Of a stretch of DNA of 64,000 nucleotides, positions 13,101 to 25,945 are shown piece by piece. Source of the stretch: Amphiscolops sp. MND2022 (Eukaryota); contig OZ076413.1 in assembly GCA_964187785.1 (NCBI GenBank), positions 45,696,001 to 45,760,000 of the forward strand, read 5' to 3'. How positions within the stretch are numbered: position 1 is the first letter of the stretch; every line of letters starts with the position of its first letter. The notes under the pieces are model-generated. The model was not told the DNA's origin and did not search any database. It was given only the letters and a program-made list of their open reading frames with translations. A program made the translations under genes and the position numbers.

Positions 13101-14942
13101 AAATCGTACCCCCAGCTCTGTGGAATGCCTGTGACTACGTGATTCAGTTCAGTTTTGTCATAGCGCACATCCCAGGAGCACAAAATACAGCAGTAGACTA
13201 TTTGTCCCGTCTGGAAGCAGACCCGAAGGATAAATTAGTCATGAAAATCAGAGAAGACGTACAAACCGTACCGATCGAAATAAATGTCCAATATGCAGGG
13301 GTGTCACAAGAAGAACAAATCTTCTACACCAATGACGATGATGAGACAGAGGAACAATACTGGGCGCGAAAAGAAGCAATCAGAAAACACCCCGCCATAG
13401 ACGAGCACACTGTAACGATACAGACTCTGTCCACCAACCTCACCAAACAACAGCATGATATACAACTCCGATTAAGGAAATCGAACCAGATCATTATTGA
13501 GCAATCCAAAGATGCAGTACTACAACAATTGAGGGCAAAACTTCTTCATGAGGATTACTCAGGGAGTCTACTGCAACAAGATGCCCGATACAGACACTAC
13601 GCAAATAATTTGGAACGAAATGTAATCAGGGACGAAATCCTGACAAGGCAACACTTTGATGAAACAGGGAAGGTTAAATACCATCAAGTTCTACTCCCGC
13701 AACACTTACTCCAGGAATTGCTCCAATCCCTACATGGGACAGCTCATAAACATCCCGGAATATCAAAAACGTTGCAAGGGATCCGACAGAGATATTACTT
13801 CCCTAGCATGGCAAAACAGGTTAGAAAGTGGGTAGAAGGGTGTGAACAATGCGCAAGAGACAAACGAGTCCCTAATGCAACAATTACGCCTGAAGTGCTC
13901 AACTTGCCGGAATGGGACCTTGGACCCAAAGACGCCATGCAGATCGACTTACTGCCGAATCTTCCCCCAAGTGGAGGGTATGAAAATGTCCTAACGGCTA
14001 TTGATGTATTCTCTAGATACCTGTTCGCCTATCCCCTTACGGACGCATCAGCGCCAATGTAGCAAAAGTACTCACTGATATTATGACCAAACATTCTTAC
14101 TTACCGACGACGCTTATTACTGATAAAGGCACTCCATTCACTTCCACAATTATTGCGGAAATTACGCAAATCTTGGAAATTACACTCAAATGCGCTACGA
14201 CAAAGCATTCGCAAACAATTGGGAAATTGGAGCGTACACATGCCTCATTGAAAACAAACCTCAAAATGGCATGTGGAGAATACCGCTGACAATGGCACAA
14301 AAACTTGCCACTAGCAGTCCTGAATCATAATACCAGCTATCATGCCAGCATCGGTTGTGAACCGACAAGAGTGTTCCATGGAAGAATTGCATACACTGTC
14401 TTGGATCACAAGCTTGGAAATATTCCAAACGAGCCGATCAATCCAACAACCGAATTTGCTGAAAAAATCCAAAACCGGACAAAAATCCTGATTGACAAAA
14501 CGAAACAAAACATAATGCAGTCGTATATCAAATACAAAGAAAATTACGACCGCAAGGCAAAAGCCGCTCCACTAATACTGTTTTGTATTACATCCGAAAG
14601 CGGATCATCAAGGATCGAAAATTCCATTCCGAGGTTATCGTTGGGTTGGACCATTCATAGTCCAAAAGGTCTTACCTAATGAAAATTACATAGTACGACA
14701 GATCAATACGAACAAAACTCAAATATTGCATCGGATTCGCCTTAAAAAGTTTGTTCCCAATCAACCGCTTGAGAATAATTTCCGAGAACAGCGATTACAG
14801 CCTGATGAAGAAACTGTCATTCCGCAAGACCACTTATATAACAAAACGTCGGAATCTGACTTTGGTGACCAGCTAGTTACTGGGGAAATATAATCTCAGG
14901 CCTAATCCTAATCCAAACTACTCAGAAGACTTCAGATACTAG
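10168..14942 (+). pseudogene. pol: Gypsy-1 pol (protease, RT, RNase H, integrase), disrupted
   Basis: Protease LIDTGA; RT KLDCSQAYH and YVDD; RNase H TDAS, LTDNK, HIPG; integrase H..H..CEQC, IDLL, TDKG, LERTH. Several stops and frameshifts. Confidence 0.95.
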
Positions 14943-15210
14943 AAAAGACTGAATTCAGCTCACAAGATGAGCCCTAAATCTTATTTTTCTTTTCTTTTAT
15001 CTTTTTCAAGTCCCATGACAGCATTTTTTTGAAAAAATAATGGGACGTATGATAGACCCCTTTCAAATGGATAAATACAGGGTTACAGAAACAAAACGGA
15101 AGTAGATACAAACAACAAAGAAACAGAAATCAAAGGCAAATGAAGGGATTAATACAACAAAGAAAAAAACAAAGTCTGTGGACTAGTGTACATAAATACA
15201 TATGTACAAG

Positions 15211-18200
15211 TTACTGTTCAGAAGTTGAAGGAGTAGGCACACTGGCGACAGATGAACTAGACGACCGAGATCTTGCACTGCCCATTTGTCTTCTCTTAGT
15301 AGTACTCAGAATTTGTAAGGCAGACTGTTCTGGTACAGGAGATGTTTCCTTGGGATCCAAACTGACAACGTTTCCTTGTGGGCCAGCAACTGCTACCTTA
15401 TGAGAGGACAATAGAGCTTTTTACAAATTTTGGAACGTCCAAATGTATCCGCATAATCCCAAGGATCATACGTAGGGGCAAATGCTGTCTTTCCAAAATT
15501 GGATGCAAGCAGGGAGAACTTTGACAAATTTGAATTCTGACTGCAGAACGGGATCGAATCGGGAACTCCAGACAAATAACTTTGTCCCGGCAACACGACA
15601 TCAGTAAATCGTCCATGGGGACCCATAAAACCAACGTTACCAAAAGTATCAGAAGGTAATTCTTCACTACGAGCTGTAATGCACAGGTAGCACAGTTTGA
15701 AGGGGTGGAGAAGACGTGGCTTAGCACGAACGAAGTCAACCCCCATAAGGAACTCGATTAGATCGACGGACAAATCAGTGAAATTGAAGTCGGCCGGATA
15801 AGTAATTCGCAAATGATCTATTAGACCAAGGTACTCTTCACGATAAGAAGATTCGTCAGCGCTCGTGACCCATGAACGTAAAAAGAAGGTATTATATAGC
15901 AACTCAAAATGCCGCAAGGCAACATCAATCGGACGACTAAATAAAATGTGGGGATTGAAAGCTGCCAAACCTTGGACCAAGTGAGAGTTCAGGCCCAACT
16001 GGCGCACGACTCCTTCTATCATGTGCTTGATAAAACTGAGTGCCTCTTGAACAAAGTCGTTCCGTACATCAATGACCGTCTTCTGAATTGTGGCCTTATC
16101 AGGTTTCTTGCCAACGAGGAAACCCTCTTCTTTGATCTTGCTAGCCGCAGCAACCTTAGAAGAGAGCTTCAGTCGGATCAAAAAGTCCTCCGCTTCCTTG
16201 AACTTCCCCTCTGTTGTCTTGAACCCCATGAGAAGAACCAGGAATTCTCCAAAGGGACAGTATCGGGGGTGAAACAGCGGGAACAAAGTCGATACACGAA
16301 TTGGCTAGCCTCACCGAATAGGAAGAAAGACGCATCTCGTCGCTGTTGGAGGTTCATTACGAAGCTGGATAAATCTGCAACCACAAAGGGCAAATGTCCG
16401 AAACAGGCAAAAGTGAAACTAAAAACTACAAGAAACTACTAACAGTCATTGACGAGTCGTTGGAACAACTCAAACTTGACGGTGATAAATTCGTCGCAAA
16501 TGAGTGACCACTCAAAACTCTGCACCTGTAAAACATGAGGACTTTGTTAACACTCATTAGAAGACCATTGGGTCGTGCAGTCCAAGGAAATTTTTTGAAT
16601 CTATTGCACAGTGGAGCAACACGGATAAATAAGTTACTCTGCTTTTGAGCCCTCGACCTTCTTGTCTAGCTGAGTGGACAGTCAAATAAGTGCGCACATT
16701 CTTCCATTGATTAATCAGCTCAGTGCACAGCGTTGGCAAGCCTTTGAGGTCTATCTTGCTTGAGATAATTGCCTGAAACGGAATAACCGGAGTCAAATAA
16801 CTGTCCTTTGTCTCGAACCCGTAAACACAATAAGTTCATCACTAACTCGGTGAAGCTCAGGGGACTCTAGGACCCAGTCCTCCGTTTGAGATCCACCCAA
16901 GGAGACCAGAAGGGCTTGCAGTACTGAAAAGAAGTCAATCATTCTAAAGATGCTGTAACTCCGTTTGTGCATTAGAGAGAACAGCGATAAGTGCTCGAAA
17001 CGGGAACAACTTTGGACCCCTCTGGGAGAGTAGCTGATCGAGGGTGCGTACAAAGTCCACGGAACACCCGGAACACGCCACGACGTCAGCTCTGGTGGAT
17101 ACCACGGAAAGGAACCGAGACAATGATCCAAGTTCTCCAGTAAGCTGTGACGACTGGAGACTACTGCGACATACGGAGACTCGGCACAACTTTTCGTTCT
17201 TCCAGTGCCGATAAGTGCCGATAAGTGCCGAAATTTTCAAATTCCACCGAGAAGCATTGTTCGGCTGCTACTATTTGGGCGATGTCGTCCATTGCGCAAA
17301 CAAAGATGTGCTGGAATATGGCCTGAAAAGTACACGAATACTTAATACCAATTAGTATGACGCCCCTCCCAGTCGTCGGATGTGAATTATACTTACAGTG
17401 AGGCGTTCTTCTCCCTAGTCGAAATCGCAAAGTGTGGCCTGGTAATTCGCGAATGAGCTGATCCTTGCCCACAAATTACGGAGTAAAGACAAGTCGCCTT
17501 GTGTCTGGATGAAGTCGGAGATGATGCAGATTTGAGTCTTGGCTCGCGAATCAGGGGGTTACTAGCGCAGTGGAACTTCCTTTAAGGAAGTCTTCAAAGA
17601 AGGGAAAGCGCTCCCCTATGTCCACTACTTCAGCGTGGATAAATTTCGGTAGCTCTTGGCCAGCTCAATTTTTGTCAGCACTTTCCCATTTCGGCCTCGC
17701 ACCCTGTGTTGGATATTTTCACTGATGGGGTCAATGGTACGCAGGTGCTCGTACCTCCACTTTTGGTCGCGCCTTAGGTGTTTCTCCGATCTATGGTGCC
17801 GCAAGATTTCAAAGGTGCCTTTGGTCTTGATAGAAATATTTTTCTTGCAGATGTGGCACCACACCATGCAAGGAATGTGCAGAGGGTCAGCATGTCCAGA
17901 GATGAAGGACCGTGTCCAACCAATCTTGGAGAAAACCTCCTACCTCACGGGAACGCATCACTGGATTGTTCTCGGTTTTCTCTTAGCCTTCTTAGGGGAA
18001 CTATGTTAGTCCTCTCCTCGATTGCTGCTTCCCTGATTGCTGACAGTGTTTCATCAGGGCAACTACTTCGCTGGAGGTTCCAGCCTCGGTGGATCTGGCC
18101 TGAATCCTTGTGGTTGAGGAATGTTTTCCAGAGACTTCAGCAGTGGACTTCTGGAATGATTCAGCGAATAAAGCCATTTCTGCTGCACTGTCCGATTCCT

Positions 18201-19498
18201 CATAGCTTGTCGTCATGTCCTCTCCAGCTGAAGTACCAGAAGATCCTGGAACAGGAAGCCCAGAACACAAGTCACTTTCTGTCCCGCCCTCACTGGTGTC
18301 GCTATCCATTTTGGGATGTGGGGTCTGCGCTCGATGTCGGGACCGGAAATGATCAGTCCGTGACTGTGCTGTTGTTGGGGCACCCCTCACGGCTCCCAAA
18401 ACCATCTTATTATAGTCGTAAGAGACTGACGTAGGGTCTCATTGGTGAGAGTTTTGAGAAGGTGATATAGTTGTGGTTCGCTGAAGGACACGGTAGAATG
18501 CCCAACTGGCAAAGAGAATGGTGGTGTTTCATCGAAGAATTGATTGAGTATTGCACGGCTCCTCCCAGATATTTCTTGAACGGGAACGTTTGCTACATGT
18601 ACTGAAGATTGCGATTCCACCTGAAGGGCAGTCTTAGTACTGGGGCCTGATTCGTCCCCGCCTTCCGTCCCTGACTCCGTGTCACCAAAAGTGACATTTT
18701 GGGTATGTTGATACCCTAACTTACTGAACTCGTCCTCAGTTTTCTCAGCTTCACTCATTTCGGGTGGGGGTACTTTCTGGGCAGCCAATCGGGGTAATGC
18801 TGGAACCTCATATACGGAAGATGTAGTATCTTCACCGGCGGAGAGTTGTGTCTCTGAGTGTTTCCTAACAAGAGGGACTGTAACTGGGACCATATCAGGC
18901 AAGCTGGATCCTGCTGTGGTTGTCACCCTTAGGGCCGACTCGAGAGAAGATAAGCTGGTGGAAAGTGCCTCACCTTGATTGACTGGAACTGAGGTACTTG
19001 TCCGAATTCGGCTCGCCTCACCTACGCCTACAGTTGCAAGCTCAGGGGTTTGCTTGGCTTGAGCTCCCGTGTCAACTGTCTGTTCCGTCCCCGAATTTGT
19101 GGATCCCTCCTTCAAGCGTACAATGTTGTCGGCATATGCGTTAACATCCTCATCACTACCATCTTCTCTCGAAGAAGTCTGTTGGTCGAAGTGGATTTTG
19201 ACTCAGAATTCATGCTGCTAATTTCGGTAGGGACTTGGACAAGGGCTGGATCTGGCGTCTGACGATTCTCTTCTCTTGGATTCTCTAAACAGAAAAAGAT
19301 GACTTTTCGCGGTTAGCTTCCTTGGAACGAATCCATTAAGCCGCATTAGAAATCTTCCGGAAGTCTTTGAAATGTGAATGAAACGTGTTACCACGTGTTA
19401 GATGATGGAAACAGGAAGCGCTTATTGAACAAATTAGCTCTGATCAAGTTGAATTAGTTCAAATTACTAAATCCAGACCAACCTGAGTTAGAAGACAT
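15211..19498 (-). pseudogene. Antisense multi-exon accessory gene: disordered N-terminus, C2H2/BED-like zinc finger, hAT-transposase-like body (~1250 codons; this copy has lesions)
   Basis: Predicted exons 19498-19483, 19284-17397, 17322-16847, 16772-16638, 16525-16444 and 16374-15211, joined by phase-compatible GT-AG introns. Motifs VWCHICKK...ILRHHRSEKH, FSVEFE, LINQWKNVRTYL, FVMNLQ, LAAFNP, PRLLH.FKLC.LC. Confidence 0.7.
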
Positions 19499-20392
19499 TT
19501 TCCTGCCGTAGCGTTGTCTTCTGGGGAATAGTCCTTAATCGGTTTGGGTAGTTGGGGAACAGGGCCGAGGCCGGCTGAAGATGAAGTTGGTCTGAAGGGG
19601 ATCCGATGGAGGAATGGCCAGCAACGGGAGTAAAGACGAATGCAACTGGACGTTGTAATCAAAGACTCGAATGTGTGGAAAATGCAAGTATGACAATTAC
19701 GGAATTGAAATGTGACAATAATCAGGAAGACTAAAAGTTGGAGTTCGTGGCTGAAAAAATTACCAGACTAATATAAGATCATCTACATAGTTACAATTGT
19801 ACAAAGAGTCTGCCGGCGAAATGTACAAGGATCTCTTCCTTACTTACAACTTATTTAGTTAGTTGCCGATTATGGCCGTTTGCCTTGTCTTATTTTCCGC
19901 TTTGTTTCGTTATCCCAGGTACCCTCAGTTGGAATTTTCGCCATTTTGAATTATTTAGAATTATTATTTTACGTCATTTTATTATTCTTTTTTCCATTTT
20001 ATCAAATCTTAAAATTGATAGACTGGAGCTTTTTTGAAAGAAGTCTATTACGCGTGCTGTTAATTGCCTTCAAGCGACATGTTAATTACCCACTTGAAGT
20101 GAAGTAATTTGTTGATAACAACTCAAAGGCTCTTTTCATTTCCACTTGAGGAAATGATATTAAGGTGGCCACCGCCTGAAATTCAAAAGTGCTATGTCGG
20201 TAAAAAAATTCCGTTCAGGAAAAGTTTACGACGGTTTAGGACGATTAACCTAGGTGTCTACCGCCGACTCGAAAACCCGGGAAAATATCCTAACTCGGCT
20301 TGAGACGGAATTTTGATAAATTCATTCTGTTTTGAATCAAATCACTGATCAGTTGCCTTTGTTAGCTTCAAAAATAGCTAAAAAAACTCATA

Positions 20393-21180
20393 ATGAGCAA
20401 ATTCAGTCTTGCAAGAAAACTATTCGACATGGATGAGTCTGAATCAAGCGACTCTGATGACTCTGTTATCTACATTTCGAGCAGCGAGGATGAGTACGCA
20501 GAAGACTGTGAGACGGATTGCTCTACTGACACAGAGCAACTGATAGCCCGCATAGAGAAGGAAGTCACAACTAGCCCTATGCTCATTGGGGGTAGAATCA
20601 TGACGTCCGAATTAACAGAAGAAGACGTGTTGGTAGCTGGGCCAAGCACTTCTAGAGCAATTGTGGAGAAGACATCAAAGATGGACGATAAATACTTTGA
20701 CCTAGAAAGATGCTACGCCCCGTCTAAGAGGACTGAAAATCGCGGATTCAAATCTGCAACACGATCTTGCCAGTCCTTGAATTACCAATATCTCCACCAG
20801 ATCATGAAAAGGGACCAAGTCAAGACACCCTTTTAGTCCGACCTATCACAAGTGATTTTCTTGCGTCCTACCACATACAAAACACGATGCCCTACCAAAA
20901 TGTCAGTGAAATACGTTACACTGGCTGTATGGTCTGTGGTCGCTCAGTGGACGCAATCAAGAATGAGAAAGTGGAATGGTACATGCTACGGTCAACCCCA
21001 CAAATTGGGCCCAAACACATCACAAGCCTCAGGCGGAAAGCGTATGAAAATGGGCTCAACGCAGGCTGTTTTCTTTTCATTACACCCGCAGTGCCGCAGG
21101 CTGCCGCCTGTGATGGCACAACAGTGACTACGTCGGCAACTGGACAGGAATTTGTACCCGGCACGCTACCTATTTATTAG
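20393..21180 (+). pseudogene. Sense accessory ORF-X (acidic N-terminus, CxxC) ending inside the 3' LTR; one frameshift
   Basis: ORFs 20393-20836 and 20767-21180. The last ~29 codons lie in the LTR and are conserved at protein level in solo LTR 52819-54545. Confidence 0.65.
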
Positions 21181-22969
21181 CCAAAATAGACGATCGAACC
21201 TAAACTTTTACGCCATTTTGTTGTTTTATACGCGTTACGTTTTTTGATGTTGCTAATTTTTCCAATATATACATATGTAAGAATTAGTCTGTAAATATTC
21301 AAAATCAAAAGGATTCAGATGATGTGTTTGTACTTATCAGAATTGAAGGGGCAATGTATTAGTGGAAGCAATCGGAACAAATGGCAATACAGCTACGCAG
21401 TGTAAAACAAACGAGTTCAAGTGGACGTAACTCCTATTCCTGGGACGTCACTTGAGCTCCTTGCATCAACCAATCATAATCACTCGTTTAGCGGTGCTGT
21501 TTTAATCCCAACCAATTGGCCGAGTAAGGCCATGCGACGTAACTTTGCTTTTATCACTTGGTACCGTGGTCAAATGGCCGGTTCCGGCCGACTAGTGCTG
21601 ATTAAAAATAAGCCATCAAATGTTCTTGTATTTAACCAAAATCAGAATGATTATGCTTTTGTACTAATTACACATCCATTCTGCAGTATTTCGCTTTGTT
21701 CAAGTAATTGGCCGAGAAAGGCCGTTTGACGGATTAATACCTCTGTTGATAGGGACAATTGGACAGTGGCCGGCTTAGGCTACGTTTGAACTCATTGTCC
21801 GGACGTTATATTAGAATAATTTGTGTGCTTTAGGTATCATGTATGATTGTATTTAAACTAGAAACACTCATGTAGCTCTCCAAATTGATTGAAGCAATTA
21901 ATATCAGTTTGTGATGCTGCTTTAGATACCAGTCTCAAAGATTGATTTGGCTTTTTTACCCAGTTTTTTAACAATTTGTCAAAACTGTCCGCTCGTGCAG
22001 GCATGTGCCAACACGGGACAGTTAAATAATCCTCAAATATTAGCGGGTTAATATTTTGTTTGATGTGTTACATACCTTTCAAATGTTTATCAGTGTAGTA
22101 GATAAAGGAATTTGAATAGTCGCGTGATTCTTCCAATCGCATTTCGGCGGCACTTAGATGTTTAAAAATCAGGTGCTATTGGAATGTTGTTGATGCATTT
22201 TTCAAGTATTTGTACTCTGAACGTCTTGTCCAAGATAGTATATATATGAGTTGTTCTCCTTGGGTAGACACAATTGTTATTTCGTTTTCAAAGTTCAGTT
22301 TGGAATTATAACTCGCAGTTATAAACCCTCTGTAATACTGCTTTCCGGTTTAAATATTTCATTATTTGACCCGGTTTTGTCTCAATGCCTACCACTAGAA
22401 AACAGAAAAAGGGTAGAAAGTCTAGAGCACTTGAGATGCTATCAGACATTGAGAATTTAGATATCATGCTAGGTGAAAACCATTTCAATGCAAGGGAAAG
22501 AGATGGGAGTTTAAATAGCAATTTACCTAGAAGGTCAGGAAGTTTCATTAGCGATGAGTCTGAAAATGATGAAGAGGGCACACGTAGAGATCAGAGGGTT
22601 ATCAACCCTGGTACCAGTGCCGATCTTGACCGTAACTCAGTTACTGCTAATTCAAGTGCTGAAATCAATAGATTGTCAATAAGCTAATTCTCGCATATCC
22701 CGAGAAATGGATGAGATGATGAATTCAGTCAGTGTCCAAATCCAAAGGGCCATGAATGACGCTATAAGTAATCAGGTACTTCCTCAGATTCTAAATGTGG
22801 TTTTGGTCGCATCAGGACATGTGACCAGAAAAGGATGTAACGTTTCGGCCGAGAGACCGGAGCATAATCCCGAAGTTCAGCGGAATTTGAATGCAAAAAA
22901 ACAATCTGAGAAATGAACAGGACGAAGGTCACCAAAATGGTGGTTTACCTAGTCATAATGTTCATGACA
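21092..22969 (+). repeat. Gypsy-1 3' LTR (1878 bp)
   Basis: TGCCGCAGGCTGCC...TCATGACA. Scattered substitutions and a ~60-bp deletion relative to the 5' LTR. Repeats the gag leader at 22385. Confidence 0.93.
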
Positions 22970-22974
22970 GATAT

Positions 22975-23760
22975 ACACATAACATCCTGCTCAAGCGAAA
23001 ACCTCTTAAAAAAACAAAATAGCGAAAAAGTTCTTGATTCTTTTCAAACAATGTCTCCGGTAAGTCGCATAGTGTCGAAACCTTAAGGAGTCCTCTATGC
23101 TCGCAAAACCTTCGATTTCTACTAAAAATCCAGGGGTGTTTCAATAAAAACAAAAGAGAAAAATGTAGCATAGTACTGAAACAACGCCGGTCTTGAAAAA
23201 TCCTGATAGTTGTGAAAAAAATTATTGGTGGATATGTTTTGAGAAAACAAAATCTCAGACAAAAAATGAGAAATTTGTACAGTCTCATACAAACAGTCTC
23301 CTTGAAAATGTTCCTTAACATTCCTTGTTGCAAAACATTAAAAATTGACGGGGACCCTTTTTTAGACATTAAACAATTTTCAGAAAAAAATGAAGAATGA
23401 GAATTTTGAATAGTCTCATAGTGCTAAAAATCTGAAAGGCATGATCCATTGGGATTTTTTATCATCCATATTGTTGCAAAATATCAAAAAAAACTAAGGT
23501 GACCTTTTAGAGACATTAAAAAAAATATCGAAAAAAAGTTTAACAAAGGCGAGAAAAGGGAAAAAAGTCTCATAGTGCCGAAAAAGGGGAAAGGGTCAAT
23601 CTGTTTTGTATTTCGTGTTAGAGTCTTCGGATGCGTTCAGAATTGAGTAATAAGTACTCATGGGAAAAGTCCAGAGTGTACATAAAGTGGAGCGTTGACC
23701 TGACAAAAAAACTAGCCACTCTAAGGGTCGTGCACTTTCCATGAAAACGCCGGGTAAAAA
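22975..23760 (+). repeat. Non-autonomous interspersed repeat (Helentron/DINE-like family), 3' portion
   Basis: Motifs GTCTCATAGTGCCGAAAA and GGGACCCTTT and end AAAACGCCGGGTAAAAA are shared with 40473-40955 and 56172-56642. Confidence 0.6.
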
Positions 23761-24476
23761 GACCGTTTTTATGTGCTCTAAAAAGACCATATGCGAGTTT
23801 TCAGTTCAATTCACTATCGTAGTTGCACATAGGCCGAACTTAAATAGACGACCACCCAACTAACCGATTGATCATTTGAATATTTCCATATGGTTCTAAG
23901 TTTTCATTGGTTGATTTCGATTCTCACACACACTCCGATTACGTAATAGTCGGAACGAATATTTGAAGCCGTTGCTAGAGTGTTTACTTCGTTCCCTCCT
24001 CTATTGCTAGAGGTAAACGTTTCTTTTAAGGGTCTCACTCAGCTGGTTAACGCCCCAATTTGCCTGTTCATAGCAGAGAAACGTTCCTTTCCCGTACCTC
24101 ATTTTTGATAAAATTCTCAAAATTATCAAGAGGAAGACCGGGAGACATGTTTTATTTTTTTTCACTAGACTCGTTCATTTTTTGATTGTTTTTTGTTTAT
24201 AACGATAAACGATTGCGATTGTAATGGTTTGAAATATGATTTTTGCTAGTGTAGAAAAATGGTTTACAATAGCAGTAAAATGATGGCAACCATCAGTCAT
24301 GGTAATACAAAATCGTGTGGCTTCGTCACCGGCAAAACATGTAACGGCACCCTGTGATCAACGAATGTTTGACACTTATTCTGAAAAATTCGTTAAAAAC
24401 TGACTTGGAACTTGAGCATGATTTTGACCATGTACCTGTCAGCAGAAAGTGTAACAAGCCGAGAACGGCCAAAGTC

Positions 24477-25186
24477 TGTAACGATAAGCGCTGGCGCTTG
24501 AACCGCAACTTAGAATGGAGGAACCAAAGCAGCGAATAGGATCCGGGACCTAGATCTCCGCGGCCCTGGCTCATTTTCCCTCCGAAGGAGCCAGTCCCAG
24601 GGTGGGGGAACCGTCTTGTAAGAAACTCTCTGGCCTGGTCCTAGTCTGTAATTGCTAAAAGTAACAGGCATCTTGCATGACTCAAGACCACTGCTCAACT
24701 AGCCTCTAAAAAGCGTGCTGAAAACTAGAGGAGGTTGAACCATAGTCTTGGAGAATCTGATAAAATCGCCAAATTGGGTAAATAAATACAGATGTTAAGG
24801 GCAGCTCTCGAGCATATCAATCTACTGCAAGGAAAACGTTATAAAAGCAAGAGTTTGAGTCATTCGATGGAAATTGACCCGGCTTCCCAGCGCTAGCGCT
24901 AGTCACCACACAGGACACCGTGGGAATTCTTAGGCAAGCATAGGGAACACTGGTTTCTGCTACGAAAGCAACGGTAATCGCCCAGGGATGGGCACAATAC
25001 CGTGTTCTGCAGATGGAATAGACGTCTATGCAGTCATCTCTTGTGCTCGTTCTTCGCGGGCGGCGTCTTCTGCTTTTTGCCGTTTGATTTCTGACAGGTC
25101 TTTAACCTTTAACATGTTCGGGTGCCACGTCAGACCTTGAACAAATTTTTGCATTGAAAATTTCGTTGCGGGCAGTTGCCGTTACA
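24477..25186 (-). repeat. Gypsy-2 3' LTR
   Basis: Near-identical to 39763-40472. Confidence 0.95.
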
Positions 25187-25945
25187 TCACTTCCGGGCTT
25201 CTGGCTTGTCGTCCCTGGCAAGCGGCGTTCGGCCTCGTCTGGGAACTGTGCCACACTGGCTGCTAGGAGTCATCATCCAGACATCAGGAGACAAGGAGAA
25301 GTCCTTGTTTCTCAGCAGCTGTTTCGGTCAATTTTCACAGCTTTTCTTGAAGAAAATCTATCTTACTGCCTAGGTTTTTTTACAAAATGGGAACGGGTTA
25401 TAGCACCAGCTCGAGAGCTAGGGTTTTCAGTCGGTTAAAACTCGTTTTGGCAAGCAATTTTCGCTAAAAACTCTTTTACGACCGGGGTCAGTTAAAATTT
25501 CATTTTTTTTGGCAATTCAGTATTTGTAGCTTTCAGTCAATTTCAGGCGGCTTTAAAACTTCTTTTAGGAGCGCGCAGGCTCACTCATCAAGCAATAGAT
25601 AGAAGACACTAGACAAGGAAAAAGATTGCGAATAAAAGGACTAATACCTTCTTCTGACTATGGCAACTCAAAAACACCGCGAACGGTGCGCAACGAAAAT
25701 AGCAGTTTTTCTCTATTATTAGTTTCTTTTTTCTTGCTTTGTAATCCAAGCAACTGGGGCAGGCGCACTCTTTTGACCATACACCCAGTGCAACGCTAAC
25801 TATACACTAACTACGTAACTAGAAACAAATATATGCACCTCGTATTGGGTAGCACCGATTAGAGCAATGAGTTTAAAGGCACTGTTTTGGCACGGCTAAG
25901 TGTTGGGTCTGCAAGGAGCGCGAACGCTCCCTTCAGCGGCAAGGT

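Larger units (their letters stand above)
7121..22969 (+). mobile_element. Gypsy-1: ~15.8-kb Ty3/Gypsy LTR retrotransposon with accessory genes (decayed copy)
   Basis: Direct LTRs 7121-9058 and 21092-22969 (TG...CA). TSD GATAC/GATAT (1 mismatch). PBS present. Order gag, PR-RT-RH-IN. Confidence 0.95.
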
